Origin: a virus
Lineage: Duplodnaviria > Caudoviricetes
Strand: one strand, 5' to 3'
DNA: 26,480 nt
IMG/VR virus record: IMGVR_UViG_3300003375_000122
Coordinates: 1 to 26,480 of that record
Shown here piece by piece: positions 1 through 9,015 of the stretch. Each line of letters starts with the position of its first letter. The stretch's first letter is position 1. A program made the position numbers and the translations under genes. The notes beneath the pieces were generated by a model. The model was not told the origin of the DNA and searched no databases. It saw only the letters and a list, made by a program, of their open reading frames with translations.

Positions 1-449
1 CCACCAACGACTAAATAACTAACAGTTACACCAGATGAAGGGGCTGTAAATGTTCCCCCTGATGTAAATGTATGAACTTTATATAATATTCCACCAGATG
101 AATAAGTTGTAATTGTTCCCCCCGTACCATCCGAACCTGTTAACCCGTTAACAGTTAGTCCACCAGATGGGGCATTAACTGTTAGAGAATCCAATGTTGT
201 TGAGCTTCCAATAGACATCGTTGTCCCCGTGTTCTGATATATATTGCTCCCAGATTGAGTAAAGAAATTATTAGAGGCTGAAAAGCAAGAATCAATCTGA
301 TTAATCGCCGTCTGAACATTTGTCGCCCCAGAATTAAGACACTTTGCAGATGAAGGAACGGTTGAAGAAATATTCCTTGCGGGCGTTTCAACAGCAATCG
401 CCGATAGAGGAAATAAAATCATGGCTATAATTAGAAATATATTAATCAT
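1..449 (-). CDS. Partial (runs off window edge) Gly/Thr/Ser-rich phage protein with signal-peptide-like N-terminus; not in ORF track
   Basis: Manual translation from ATG at 449 (ATGA overlap with stop of 446..805): MINIFLIIAMILFPLSAIAVETPARN...ATNVQTAINQID...GTGGTITTYSSGGILYKVHTFTSGGTFTAPSSGVTVSYLVVG, open to base 1. The GGT..VHTFTS.GTF..V.YLVVGG pattern marks the start of a common phage glycine-rich domain. Confidence 0.75.
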   Translation of the reverse strand, partial: MINIFLIIAMILFPLSAIAVETPARNISSTVPSSAKCLNSGATNVQTAINQIDSCFSASNNFFTQSGSNIYQNTGTTMSIGSSTTLDSLTVNAPSGGLTVNGLTGSDGTGGTITTYSSGGILYKVHTFTSGGTFTAPSSGVTVSYLVVG

Positions 450-805
450 AATTGATAAGCCCCGAAAACTAAATCGCCAGCGTTAAGCGTTGGCGCACTT
501 GACCCCAATGTTATAACATTGCCGCTTAATGTAAAATCTCCAGCCAAAGCATCTTGAGCCGTTCCCATTATAAATAAACATATAATCGTTGTAGGGGAAT
601 ATGGAAGCGTAAAGGATGTTTGGTTTGCGCTCGCCGTAAATGAGAATGGTATTATAGTCGCTGGCACGCTTGACCCCTGTATTGTTACGTCTGGAGATAG
701 AACTTGCTGAATAACAATCGAAGTTAATCCTTGTTTTATTGTTATTGAAGGATTAACCTCCTGTACTGTTATATTATATTTATTATTTGGATAACTTACA
801 AGCAT
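446..805 (-). CDS. Hypothetical beta-rich virion-associated protein
   Basis: 119-aa ORF in operon; C-terminal FTASANQTSFTL...DFTLSGNVITL...LNAGDLV pattern resembles small Ig-like phage tail-associated modules. Confidence 0.6.
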   Translation of the reverse strand: MLVSYPNNKYNITVQEVNPSITIKQGLTSIVIQQVLSPDVTIQGSSVPATIIPFSFTASANQTSFTLPYSPTTIICLFIMGTAQDALAGDFTLSGNVITLGSSAPTLNAGDLVFGAYQL

Positions 806-812
806 AATTTTC

Positions 813-1175
813 TTATCTAGTTATAGGCTGTTTGACACAAATTACCCCGCCCAGCATCCTTGTAGCAACGCCTGACGAAGAATAGACCCATAAATCCCAA
901 ACGCCATTGAATGGATTTGGTAGCGTTGATGTTACTAAAGATGTTAAATATATTTGAAACGTACCCAATGTGCCATTAAGCAATATGTTACCAGACGTAC
1001 TTGATACTTGAGCGACAGGCGGATTGCTTTCACTTGTTGTTGTTCTGATTGTCATCAATGCCGCGTATCCTGTTAAGTTTATTGGATTGCTGTTTGGGTC
1101 AATCCATGCTATCGGCAATGATACAAACGTTTCACCTGCGTATATTACTATTGGAATTTGACAAGGGTCGTTCAT
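813..1175 (-). CDS. Ig-like/BppU-like phage structural protein
   Basis: 120 aa; IYAGETF...PINLTGYAALMTIR...GVWDLWV...GVICV pattern typical of small beta-sandwich proteins encoded after tail fibres. Confidence 0.6.
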   Translation of the reverse strand: MNDPCQIPIVIYAGETFVSLPIAWIDPNSNPINLTGYAALMTIRTTTSESNPPVAQVSSTSGNILLNGTLGTFQIYLTSLVTSTLPNPFNGVWDLWVYSSSGVATRMLGGVICVKQPITR

Positions 1176-1179
1176 AGGA

Positions 1180-2016
1180 TTATGTCTTTATGATATAGTT
1201 AATGGTTAAATACGGCTGAAGGTTGTTATGTGCAAGACCGCCGCCTGTGGATTCTGTTTGGACATATGTTGCGCCGCCTTGAGTATCAGAGTTTTGAACA
1301 ACGAAACCATATCCATTTGCGTTCCTCATATCTATCGTGTGGCTATGACTAGGAATTTCATTGACCGTTAAAGTATGAGAAACCTCACCGCCATTATTAC
1401 CTAATGCCCCGAAATTCGAGTCTCCAGAACTATAACCAACACCCACTCTTGTCCGCAAGTCTGGCACGTTAAATGTTGTGCTACCGTCGCCAGCTCCGTA
1501 AGTTGTTGAGCATACAGTATAAAGATTGGCATAGGTAGTACGGCTTACCTGTTGACCGTTGCATAATAACCATCCCCCAGGTGGCGTACTTCCTGCATAC
1601 ATTTGAATAGCCCCCGACGGAGAACCAATACTGTTACCCCATTGAGAAGATGTTGCACTTGGCGTATTTCCTATATTGGAATCAATCGTTGACTGATATA
1701 CAACCCCTTGATATTGTACAATGCTGTTGGTGTAATACGTTGTGCTTGCGTCATATTCAGGGATTCCCATCTCAAGTAAATAGCATATTTGATAAAATGC
1801 TACTAAAAATATTCCATTTAAATCCTCAAGGGCTACAACGTTTCCAGCTACAGTCTCCGAAGTAAATCCAGATAGCCACGCCGCTAAAGCTTGTATTGTT
1901 GAAATATTCGTTGTTGTCGTTGGTGTTCCAGCGGCTAATGAACCAAATTGACCAACGTTCCCCGTTGATGCTGACCCGCAAAAGATGTTTTGAAAGACCC
2001 TTGTAATTTTTGCCAT
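1180..2016 (-). CDS. Tail fibre protein with tail-collar domain and HxH tip
   Basis: GAIQMYAGSTPPGGWLLCNGQQVSRTTYANLY...GDGSTTFNVPDLR is the phage tail collar motif. C-terminal GGEVSHTLTVNEIPSHSH...HNNLQPYLTINYIIKT. Central EYDASTTYYTNSIVQYQGVVYQS resembles a small carbohydrate-binding-like module. Confidence 0.85.
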   Translation of the reverse strand: MAKITRVFQNIFCGSASTGNVGQFGSLAAGTPTTTTNISTIQALAAWLSGFTSETVAGNVVALEDLNGIFLVAFYQICYLLEMGIPEYDASTTYYTNSIVQYQGVVYQSTIDSNIGNTPSATSSQWGNSIGSPSGAIQMYAGSTPPGGWLLCNGQQVSRTTYANLYTVCSTTYGAGDGSTTFNVPDLRTRVGVGYSSGDSNFGALGNNGGEVSHTLTVNEIPSHSHTIDMRNANGYGFVVQNSDTQGGATYVQTESTGGGLAHNNLQPYLTINYIIKT

Positions 2017-2024
2017 AATATCCC

Positions 2025-2630
2025 CTAAATATAATTTACTGTTATCGAAACGCCCATTGCCCTTGGAATTATATTAAGATAACTTGCAATCTTAAATACA
2101 TTATAATATGGATTTTTTACATTAATAGTTAAAGTCATATTAAGATTATCCTTAACGCTGACAAGATTTCCAAATATTGAATAGAATCCTATTACAAGAG
2201 CAGATAATGTCGTTGTCTGAGTGTTAAACAAAATCTTCATTTTAATCAACGTGTTAAGCTCAAAGTCCGATGAAACATACGTTGCGTTGGTAAAATATCT
2301 TTTCATTAATGTGGACGGGTATGGATTGTTTGAATATCTACCTGCTGATGTTCCCGCCGCTGTTCCTTGGGAATATGTTGTTACTGACCAGAATTGATGC
2401 GTTAAATCTAATCCCTGAACATTTCGAGGCACCCCAACAATTTTTCCTAATATTGTTAATTGATTGCCTACCGCCGTCGAAAGATTAAAAGCCGTCTGTA
2501 AGGACATTGGCAAACCATCCGCAAGGGCGCAATTAACAAAACATTGTACCGTCTGGCTTGCTTTTGGCAATCCGTTATATTGAATTATCAATTCATTTGA
2601 ATAATAGTTTAAATAATCTGTTAGTGTCAT
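2025..2630 (-). CDS. Baseplate wedge protein (DUF2612-like)
   Basis: LIIQY...PKA, FNLSTAVGNQLTILGKIVGVPR motifs; position after baseplate J-like gene; ATGA overlap. Confidence 0.8.
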   Translation of the reverse strand: MTLTDYLNYYSNELIIQYNGLPKASQTVQCFVNCALADGLPMSLQTAFNLSTAVGNQLTILGKIVGVPRNVQGLDLTHQFWSVTTYSQGTAAGTSAGRYSNNPYPSTLMKRYFTNATYVSSDFELNTLIKMKILFNTQTTTLSALVIGFYSIFGNLVSVKDNLNMTLTINVKNPYYNVFKIASYLNIIPRAMGVSITVNYI

Positions 2631-3838
2631 GAGCTTGTTATATTTGCCGCATATACGACGAATCTATTTTGTACAGAACTTGGAACAACGCTATTGTACC
2701 AGTTTGTATTATCCGTCGATACTTGGCAATTAGTGATTAATGCGTTTGTGTTAATCTGCTTAAGCAATGCTGTGATTGTTGTTATGTCCGCCGTCTGATA
2801 TATGGATAACGTATAAAGTGCTGCTAAACCATTAGCCAAAGCCGTCTTATCAATCGAAGCTCCAACAATAGGGGATGATGTAAACTTAATATAAAGATTC
2901 TGGTAAATAGCATAATCGAATTGAACGCCGAACGTCGATGAATCCGCTTGAGTGATGTTTATTAATTGTCCTCCACGCATAGCGCATCCCATTGATCTGT
3001 ATGTGTAGATGGCATTTGCAACACTTGTACCGTAAGCCGTTCCTGCAAGCGTTCCCGGTGATGTTCCTGAATCCACAATCGTCCATATCGTATGAGGTGG
3101 CGTGCTATTAGAATCTGTGGAGTTTGTTATATTTTCCTTAATGATGGCCTGAACTGTTCCGGGGATAGAATATAAAGCCGCTAATAACCCCGCATAATTC
3201 CCCGTTGATGCCAATGCTACTGATGCCTGTCTTCGTATTCTGAAAGATGAATCTGTTTCCTGATTAGCTCCAACGACCGTAGGGGCGTAGGGATTATTGA
3301 TTGACGTGACCCCAGCAACAACGGTAACGGGGATTGTTATGGTATTGACCGTGCTTTGAACTGCTCCAATATTAGCGGCACGAAAAACAAGATTATTTGC
3401 TCCCGTTGATGTTGTCGTTGATGTCAAAAGATAATATTGATTTCCAATAGAATCCTGTACAGTATAAGGTGTTGATGTATCAAGTCCGTTTAATGCCACG
3501 GCTGTTGATGTGGTCACTGTTAAGTTAAGCGTTGTATATGTTCCGCCCTGACGGGTTATACCGCATAATTGAGCTAGGGCGTCAAGAGAATTTCCCACCG
3601 CTTGGTCTGGGTCTTGAGAATTATAAATAGCAACGCAGAACTGCTCTATATCTAATTTGGCTAAAGCGAATATGTTTATTAATTGACCATCGGGTGTATT
3701 TGAGCCAACGTTAATTCCTGACCCGTAAATTTGAACAAGTCCCGGAACCGTTCCATTCCCGTTAACAATTAAATTGATTATATCTGTCTGCGTTTGGATT
3801 GATATTCCACCGGCCGTGATAGCGTTTTGGGATGCCAT
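2627..3838 (-). CDS. Baseplate J/gp47-like protein
   Basis: TPDGQLI, DPDQAVGNSLDALAQLCGITR, G.NQETDSSFRIRR and ENITNSTDSNSTPPHTI motifs of the Baseplate_J family. Confidence 0.9.
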   Translation of the reverse strand: MASQNAITAGGISIQTQTDIINLIVNGNGTVPGLVQIYGSGINVGSNTPDGQLINIFALAKLDIEQFCVAIYNSQDPDQAVGNSLDALAQLCGITRQGGTYTTLNLTVTTSTAVALNGLDTSTPYTVQDSIGNQYYLLTSTTTSTGANNLVFRAANIGAVQSTVNTITIPVTVVAGVTSINNPYAPTVVGANQETDSSFRIRRQASVALASTGNYAGLLAALYSIPGTVQAIIKENITNSTDSNSTPPHTIWTIVDSGTSPGTLAGTAYGTSVANAIYTYRSMGCAMRGGQLINITQADSSTFGVQFDYAIYQNLYIKFTSSPIVGASIDKTALANGLAALYTLSIYQTADITTITALLKQINTNALITNCQVSTDNTNWYNSVVPSSVQNRFVVYAANITSS

Positions 3839-3845
3839 AATAACC

Positions 3846-4208
3846 TCAAGCGTTAATAATTTCTAAGTTTTGAACAAAGTTTTTTGTGAAGATTGTATCT
3901 ATTGAATAGGATATAATAACATTCCTTGAAACTGAATTAAAGTTAACATTAAGGCTTGTTATTCTTAAGACACCATAGCTTGAAAGAATTACAGCACGCA
4001 CGCTTAATGTTAGCTCTTGAGAAGTCGCTTTGCTCCCCATTAGTCTAAACCAATCTATCCCAGCGGTCAAGTCAAAGAAACAATCCCCAAGAAAGCTCTT
4101 TAGCCTTGTGTTAATGTTCTCAACAATAGCCGTCTGTCCAGTCGTATAGCTTTGCTGACCATTGCCAAACTGCCAGTCATTTGTCGCCGTAATAGCTCTC
4201 ATTATCAT
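3846..4208 (-). CDS. Baseplate wedge/sheath initiator (gp25/gp46-like)
   Basis: MRA....DWQFG, TRLKSFLGDCFFDLTAGIDW motif; position between spike and baseplate J. Confidence 0.75.
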   Translation of the reverse strand: MIMRAITATNDWQFGNGQQSYTTGQTAIVENINTRLKSFLGDCFFDLTAGIDWFRLMGSKATSQELTLSVRAVILSSYGVLRITSLNVNFNSVSRNVIISYSIDTIFTKNFVQNLEIINA

Positions 4209-5203
4209 ATTTTAATTATCCAATTAATCATTAGCGTTGGTTGCACGTTGTTATGTTGACCATCACCGCCCTCATTATTTGTAGATATTTGACCGTCATA
4301 ATTTGTTGTATAAGAATTGGAAAAAACTTGATTTGTAGCCCCAGAATCCCTATAAATTTTAGCTGAATGGCTATGGCTTGGCATTTCGCTTATAACTAAC
4401 TGATGCGCTTCCTCGCCAGCCGTACCACCCAAAGTATTCCTGTTTGGCGTGAATGTTGCAGTCAAAACATTGGCATCCGTTCCGCCCATGTTATCCAATC
4501 CCGCTATTGTTCTGCCTCTTAAGTCAGGAAGATTGAAAGTCGTTGAACCATCCCCAGAGCCGTACGTTGTTCCAATAACAGAAAACAGCGTTGCATATGT
4601 TCCACGTGAAACAGCTTGACCGTAACACAATAACCATCCCGAAGGCGCACTTGAACCAGCATAGGCTTGAAGAAACCCAGCTTGTGCCAATCTCTCACCT
4701 GTATTATCTGTTAACGAGCAAATATCTGTCCTGATATTCTTCAATGAATTTGTAAAGCTTCTTACGCCAATCAGTGCTATAGCGTCATTAATATCATGAA
4801 CCCTTGGGCTTTGTGGAGGCTGTGGCGTTGTATATCCATATTGCAAGAATGTATCAATCTCCCTATCGCAAAACATAACAAGGCAAGTATCTCCGACAGC
4901 AATCGGAAAGCTTAAGTAAGCACCGCCACCTTGGAGAAATACGGCAGGTACGCTTAACAATAAAGGATAATCAAGATAAAGGTCTGTTGCCTTGTTTAGG
5001 GAAACAACATTCCCACCTTGCAAAACCTTCTTGTAGTTTATCTGAACATTAACGGTTTGGTTTGATGCGTTATAAGCCTTTATCGTTCCAATGGATGAAC
5101 AATTCATCCTTGAGGCAAGCTTATCCAATTCACCATCAAGCAAAGTCCTTAATGATGGCTTGGCTAATCCGTTCTGTATTGAGAAATTTTGCGACTGTGA
5201 CAT
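4205..5203 (-). CDS. Baseplate spike protein: Gp138/gpV-like N-terminal domain fused to tail-collar/HxH tip module
   Basis: N-half VPAVFLQGGGAYLSFPIAVGDTCLVMFCDREID...RVHDINDAIALIG (Gp138-type). C-half YAGSSAPSGWLLCYGQAVSR...GDGSTTFNLPDLRGR...EMPSHSH...HNNVQP (collar). Confidence 0.85.
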   Translation of the reverse strand: MSQSQNFSIQNGLAKPSLRTLLDGELDKLASRMNCSSIGTIKAYNASNQTVNVQINYKKVLQGGNVVSLNKATDLYLDYPLLLSVPAVFLQGGGAYLSFPIAVGDTCLVMFCDREIDTFLQYGYTTPQPPQSPRVHDINDAIALIGVRSFTNSLKNIRTDICSLTDNTGERLAQAGFLQAYAGSSAPSGWLLCYGQAVSRGTYATLFSVIGTTYGSGDGSTTFNLPDLRGRTIAGLDNMGGTDANVLTATFTPNRNTLGGTAGEEAHQLVISEMPSHSHSAKIYRDSGATNQVFSNSYTTNYDGQISTNNEGGDGQHNNVQPTLMINWIIKI

Positions 5204-6126
5204 TAATTGAATCCTTGGGTTAAAGAATTAAAAGCATTTTGAAACGGATAAATAAAGGAGCATGATGTTTTACATTTCCCATTGACCGCCCCAGAGATAA
5301 TTCCAGCGTGTTCAACGCCAGCTACTTTGTATTGACCATTATAAATTGTAGTATCACTGCTTAAAAGATAAATTCCTTGGCCTACGTTAATCCTTGGCTC
5401 AAACAATATGTCCACCTTAAGCGATTGTTGATACCTTTTAGGCGGACATAAAAGCCCTGATGTTAAGTCTAATTGTATTAACTGCGATGGCAATATATCC
5501 ATTGCGTTTAATATGTTTATCTTACCGTTATCGATAAAGCATTGCCCCTGTGTTTCCTGTATTAGCATTGCCCAAGTCTGCTGTGGCGCTCTCTGAATAC
5601 CCCTTGAATATACCGTCGGATTCTTCTGTAATGCTATCGTACCAATGCTTAATGGCTGTCCGTATGTGCCTTTAAATTTATTAGCCACCTGAGTTACAAG
5701 GTCATTAACTAGCTGTTTAATTAAGTCATTCTGCGTGCTGTTCGGCGGAAGATTTATCGTCGAGCTTACATAACTTGTAAAATACCCAGAATCATATGCG
5801 TCAATCTCTGTAATAAAATCCGTCCGTCCTTCATCCCTATATGACAAGCATGACAATATTGTACCTGTAAACGTAACGACTTGAAAATCTTGATACCCAG
5901 CGATAAATGTTATGCTCCGAATATCTGTCCAATCTGAAAAATAATCTTTATTTATCGCTTGTCTTGTTTGGCTGTTTAGGTTGTAAATCCTGAATTTCGC
6001 CGTCTTAACCTGTGCCAAGCAATCTCTCTTAACATCAAATTCTACTGTAAAGGGATATTGAACGGTATGAATCTGACCGTCATTGCCCTGAATGTTTAAA
6101 GTATAATTTCTTTGAAATTTACTCAT
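5203..6126 (-). CDS. Baseplate hub protein
   Basis: FDV......AKFRIYNLN, ITFIAGY, LFEPRINVG, NGQYKV..VEH.G motifs; position upstream of spike. Confidence 0.75.
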   Translation of the reverse strand: MSKFQRNYTLNIQGNDGQIHTVQYPFTVEFDVKRDCLAQVKTAKFRIYNLNSQTRQAINKDYFSDWTDIRSITFIAGYQDFQVVTFTGTILSCLSYRDEGRTDFITEIDAYDSGYFTSYVSSTINLPPNSTQNDLIKQLVNDLVTQVANKFKGTYGQPLSIGTIALQKNPTVYSRGIQRAPQQTWAMLIQETQGQCFIDNGKINILNAMDILPSQLIQLDLTSGLLCPPKRYQQSLKVDILFEPRINVGQGIYLLSSDTTIYNGQYKVAGVEHAGIISGAVNGKCKTSCSFIYPFQNAFNSLTQGFN

Positions 6127-6467
6127 GCTATTTGATTGATTAATGTTTCACATGAAACAATGTCTTGTGCGTTTAATTGGTATAGTTGCGCCCGACCGCT
6201 TGCAAAATCTTCCAAGAATACTGGCTCATATCCGTCGCTTGTATTTAAGTATAAACCAAAGTTTATAAACCCACGAAATTGCCGTAACATATTCGGGGAT
6301 GATACCATCCTGCGCCAGCCTTGAGTTAACAAAGGATGCGTAAAGTTATAATACCATCCTTGCTGTTGCGCCCAGTAGCTTATGTTCATCGCCAAGATGC
6401 TCCCGTCGTCGAGAACTATCCGTATATTTTGATTGGGGCTGTCTGTTAAAGTATTAATTAACTTCAT
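6123..6467 (-). CDS. Baseplate plug-like small protein
   Basis: ORF track gives 6123..6485; ATG at 6467 (MKLINT) directly after the upstream stop is the more likely start. PNQ..I.L, QQGWYYN motifs and synteny. Confidence 0.6.
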   Translation of the reverse strand: MKLINTLTDSPNQNIRIVLDDGSILAMNISYWAQQQGWYYNFTHPLLTQGWRRMVSSPNMLRQFRGFINFGLYLNTSDGYEPVFLEDFASGRAQLYQLNAQDIVSCETLINQIA

Positions 6468-6468
6468 A

Positions 6469-7320
6469 TTAGAAAGTATTCCCAAGTGTTAAAGGCGAAA
6501 ACATATTACCATTGGCGTCCGTTGATTGACCTTGAATTGTTCCAGCGTTATATGGATTCGTCATTGTTGTCATGTCTGCATATCTTCCATTGGCCACCTG
6601 TTGATATGTGCTGTCAATTATACCATTTGACGCCTGACTTACGCCAACGACTTGCGTTGTTACTTTCCTAATCTTCTTAAAAGTAACAATAAAATCAGAA
6701 ATAATCTTATTGTCATCTCTTTGTGTTGCCCTTAAGCTTTCTATCGCCATGTTATAGAAAACATTAAAAGGTGTTTGAACTGTAAACAATGTTCTGCTTA
6801 ACCATAGGCTATAAAAGAATGACCATGCTTGCTGTTGCTTCGTCGAGCTTGTATTACTTTGAGAGAATACATTAAAGAAATTTTGCGCCTGATTATATGC
6901 CTGTGTTACTTCGGATGTCACTGACGTAACTTGATTATATGCCTGTTGCGCCTGTGCCGCAAAAGATGGATTAAGGCCACCCAATGTTCCTAATGTTTGT
7001 ATTTGGGTCAAGACTTGCAATTGACTACTTTGAAGAATATCTGTCAATTCTCCTACGTAACCTTTGACACTAAATTTCTCTGGCCTTAATGTTATATGGT
7101 CTTGAATAGACGTATTATCCTCGACGTAATGGTCTGTTATTTCTGAATCGATGGATATTTCTTCATCGCCAATAACATCGAACACAAAGCCTGAATAATT
7201 CCCCGTCGTGGGTTTTACGATATATTGATTAACGACGTTCTGAATTAGATTAGTTACACTGCCAATCAAATTCGTGGAAGCCGATGAAACGTCTAATGTG
7301 GGGTTTGTGTTATTGCTCAT
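6469..7320 (-). CDS. Tail tube initiator/Dit-like baseplate protein
   Basis: FDVIGDEEISIDSEITDHYVEDNTSIQDHITLRP and LFTVQTPFNVFYNMAIESL motifs; follows tape measure gene. Confidence 0.75.
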   Translation of the reverse strand: MSNNTNPTLDVSSASTNLIGSVTNLIQNVVNQYIVKPTTGNYSGFVFDVIGDEEISIDSEITDHYVEDNTSIQDHITLRPEKFSVKGYVGELTDILQSSQLQVLTQIQTLGTLGGLNPSFAAQAQQAYNQVTSVTSEVTQAYNQAQNFFNVFSQSNTSSTKQQQAWSFFYSLWLSRTLFTVQTPFNVFYNMAIESLRATQRDDNKIISDFIVTFKKIRKVTTQVVGVSQASNGIIDSTYQQVANGRYADMTTMTNPYNAGTIQGQSTDANGNMFSPLTLGNTF

Positions 7321-8399
7321 TTTATATTATTCTTTGATTGCTGTTGTGTTTGTAAGAATACGTCCGACAATACATTTGCAACAACTTTCTTCATTTGATT
7401 CTCATCAAGATTAGTTTTTGCGTTTATTGTAACATTACTTGTCTGATTAACACTTCCGCCAGAGTTACCAAATATTCCATGTACCGCTGGATTCAAGTTA
7501 ACATAATCAGAGAAGAGGCTTTTGTCAAATTCCGACTTAACATTATTATATATTTTTCCAAAATATTGTGGATGTAAAAGAGCTTCACTTGCTATAAAAG
7601 GTATTCTTAATTGTGGAAAGAATATACTTAAGACACCAATAGCAGTCATAACTTGGTCTACCAATAGTTTTACCCTATTCTTAAAATTGTCAATGCCTTT
7701 ACCCGCACCAAAGAAAGCGCTACCTATTGAATTAAGATTCTCGGCCAACATACCAGCCACAACAACAATCCCAGAATTGAACGTCGTCTTTAGCTGTTCA
7801 ATTATTTGATGATACCTAGACAATTCTTGAAGAGTCGCATTATCGGCAAAAGGAATGTTCGCCATCTCTTTCCTTAAGTCCGTCACCTGCTCAATCGTCC
7901 GTATCATTGACTCTGGTATCCCAAGGGCTTCTAAAGCTTGTGTCTTTATTGCCGCTGGGGCGTTTACATCTTTGAAAGCTTTAGCCAATTTCTGCATAAA
8001 TTCTATTGGCTTGTTTAAATCTTCAATCGTTGGTGTTATTCCTGCAATCTGAAAGAATTCGGGTATCTTTCCATGAAGCATCATGTCTAATAAAGACTTT
8101 TGTACTCCTCGGATTGACATTGCCGCATCGCCAGCGTTCCCGCCGAATTTCTTAACAACGCCGTCTAATTGTTGAATTTCATCTGTAGAAACGCCCGTCA
8201 CGGCGTTCAAATTAAGGAGTGATGTTGCAGTCTGGTCGCCTATTGTTAATATGTTGCTTAATGCTTTATAAAAACCATCTAGCCTAAGAGCTACCAAGAC
8301 AGCCTTTAAGTTTAAATCTCCAACGGCGGAAACAAAGTCACTTAGCTTTATTGTATCAGCTTGAACCCCCAACTTTATGAAGAATTCCATGAGATTCAT
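7317..8399 (-). CDS. Tape measure protein (short, 360 aa)
   Basis: Position after the chaperone pair; N-terminal LMEFFIKLG; helical Ala/Leu/Gly-rich body with hydrophobic stretches; C-terminal NQTSNVTIN typical of tape measure proteins. Confidence 0.7.
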   Translation of the reverse strand: MNLMEFFIKLGVQADTIKLSDFVSAVGDLNLKAVLVALRLDGFYKALSNILTIGDQTATSLLNLNAVTGVSTDEIQQLDGVVKKFGGNAGDAAMSIRGVQKSLLDMMLHGKIPEFFQIAGITPTIEDLNKPIEFMQKLAKAFKDVNAPAAIKTQALEALGIPESMIRTIEQVTDLRKEMANIPFADNATLQELSRYHQIIEQLKTTFNSGIVVVAGMLAENLNSIGSAFFGAGKGIDNFKNRVKLLVDQVMTAIGVLSIFFPQLRIPFIASEALLHPQYFGKIYNNVKSEFDKSLFSDYVNLNPAVHGIFGNSGGSVNQTSNVTINAKTNLDENQMKKVVANVLSDVFLQTQQQSKNNIK

Positions 8400-8662
8400 T
8401 TTTCAGTCCTATTTATATCTATTGACGCGGATTCGTATTCGTTAACAAACCTGTCATATTCTATCATGGATATAACAATATCAACACGCATCGATAAGAT
8501 TTGCTCCGCCGTTCCGAACCCTGACTTTGAAAGCTTCAATGCTAACAAAATAGCGTCATTACCATCAACGCTTATGCTTGGCTTTTTGACGCTATTGCTG
8601 GAAACCCACTTAACAACGAGTTTAGGTTTTTGAAAAAAGGGGTCAGGTTGTAAACCATACAC
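8396..8662 (-). CDS. Tail assembly chaperone C-terminal extension (probably expressed by -1 frameshift)
   Basis: Overlaps upstream chaperone in the -1 frame; GTG start at 8662 has no usable SD spacing; ATGA-coupled to tape measure. Confidence 0.6.
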   Translation of the reverse strand: MYGLQPDPFFQKPKLVVKWVSSNSVKKPSISVDGNDAILLALKLSKSGFGTAEQILSMRVDIVISMIEYDRFVNEYESASIDINRTEK

Positions 8663-9000
8663 TCCTTGACTATTAAAAGGTAGTCACCTCTAAAATCTTC
8701 CGATTCCATCAATGCGGATGAAATCTTCATATTATTATAGAGAACCCTGCCTAATAATGGCTTTAGTGATTGGCTTACAGCTTCTGATGAGATAAGTCTT
8801 GCAACTATATTTTTTAAAGTATTTAAGGCTTCTTCCCCTAAATTACCTGACATAAAATCTTTTCCCTTAACCCCTAATTGAATATCTATACTTTCAATCT
8901 CTCTCATGACTACCTTCATGAGAGAAAAGCAATCTTCAAACGAACCCATCTGAATTTCAAGCGTTGCACCACTTGGTAAATCTTTAACAAAGTTTGCCAT
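8572..9000 (-). CDS. Tail assembly chaperone
   Basis: 142 aa between tube and tape measure; SD AAGGAAGGA upstream. Confidence 0.7.
   Translation of the reverse strand: MANFVKDLPSGATLEIQMGSFEDCFSLMKVVMREIESIDIQLGVKGKDFMSGNLGEEALNTLKNIVARLISSEAVSQSLKPLLGRVLYNNMKISSALMESEDFRGDYLLIVKECMVYNLTPFFKNLNSLLSGFPAIASKSQA
8632..8641 (-). other. Candidate -1 ribosomal frameshift site
   Basis: Minus strand in chaperone frame reads ACC CCT TTT TTC, giving overlapping X XXY YYZ heptamers C CCT TTT and T TTT TTC; the -1 frame is open to 8396. Confidence 0.55.
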
Positions 9001-9015
9001 CTAGGATTCCTTCCT

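Noticed and set aside
182-397. 71-aa minus-strand ORF in track
   Set aside because: Lies in another frame inside the better supported open-ended gene 1..449.
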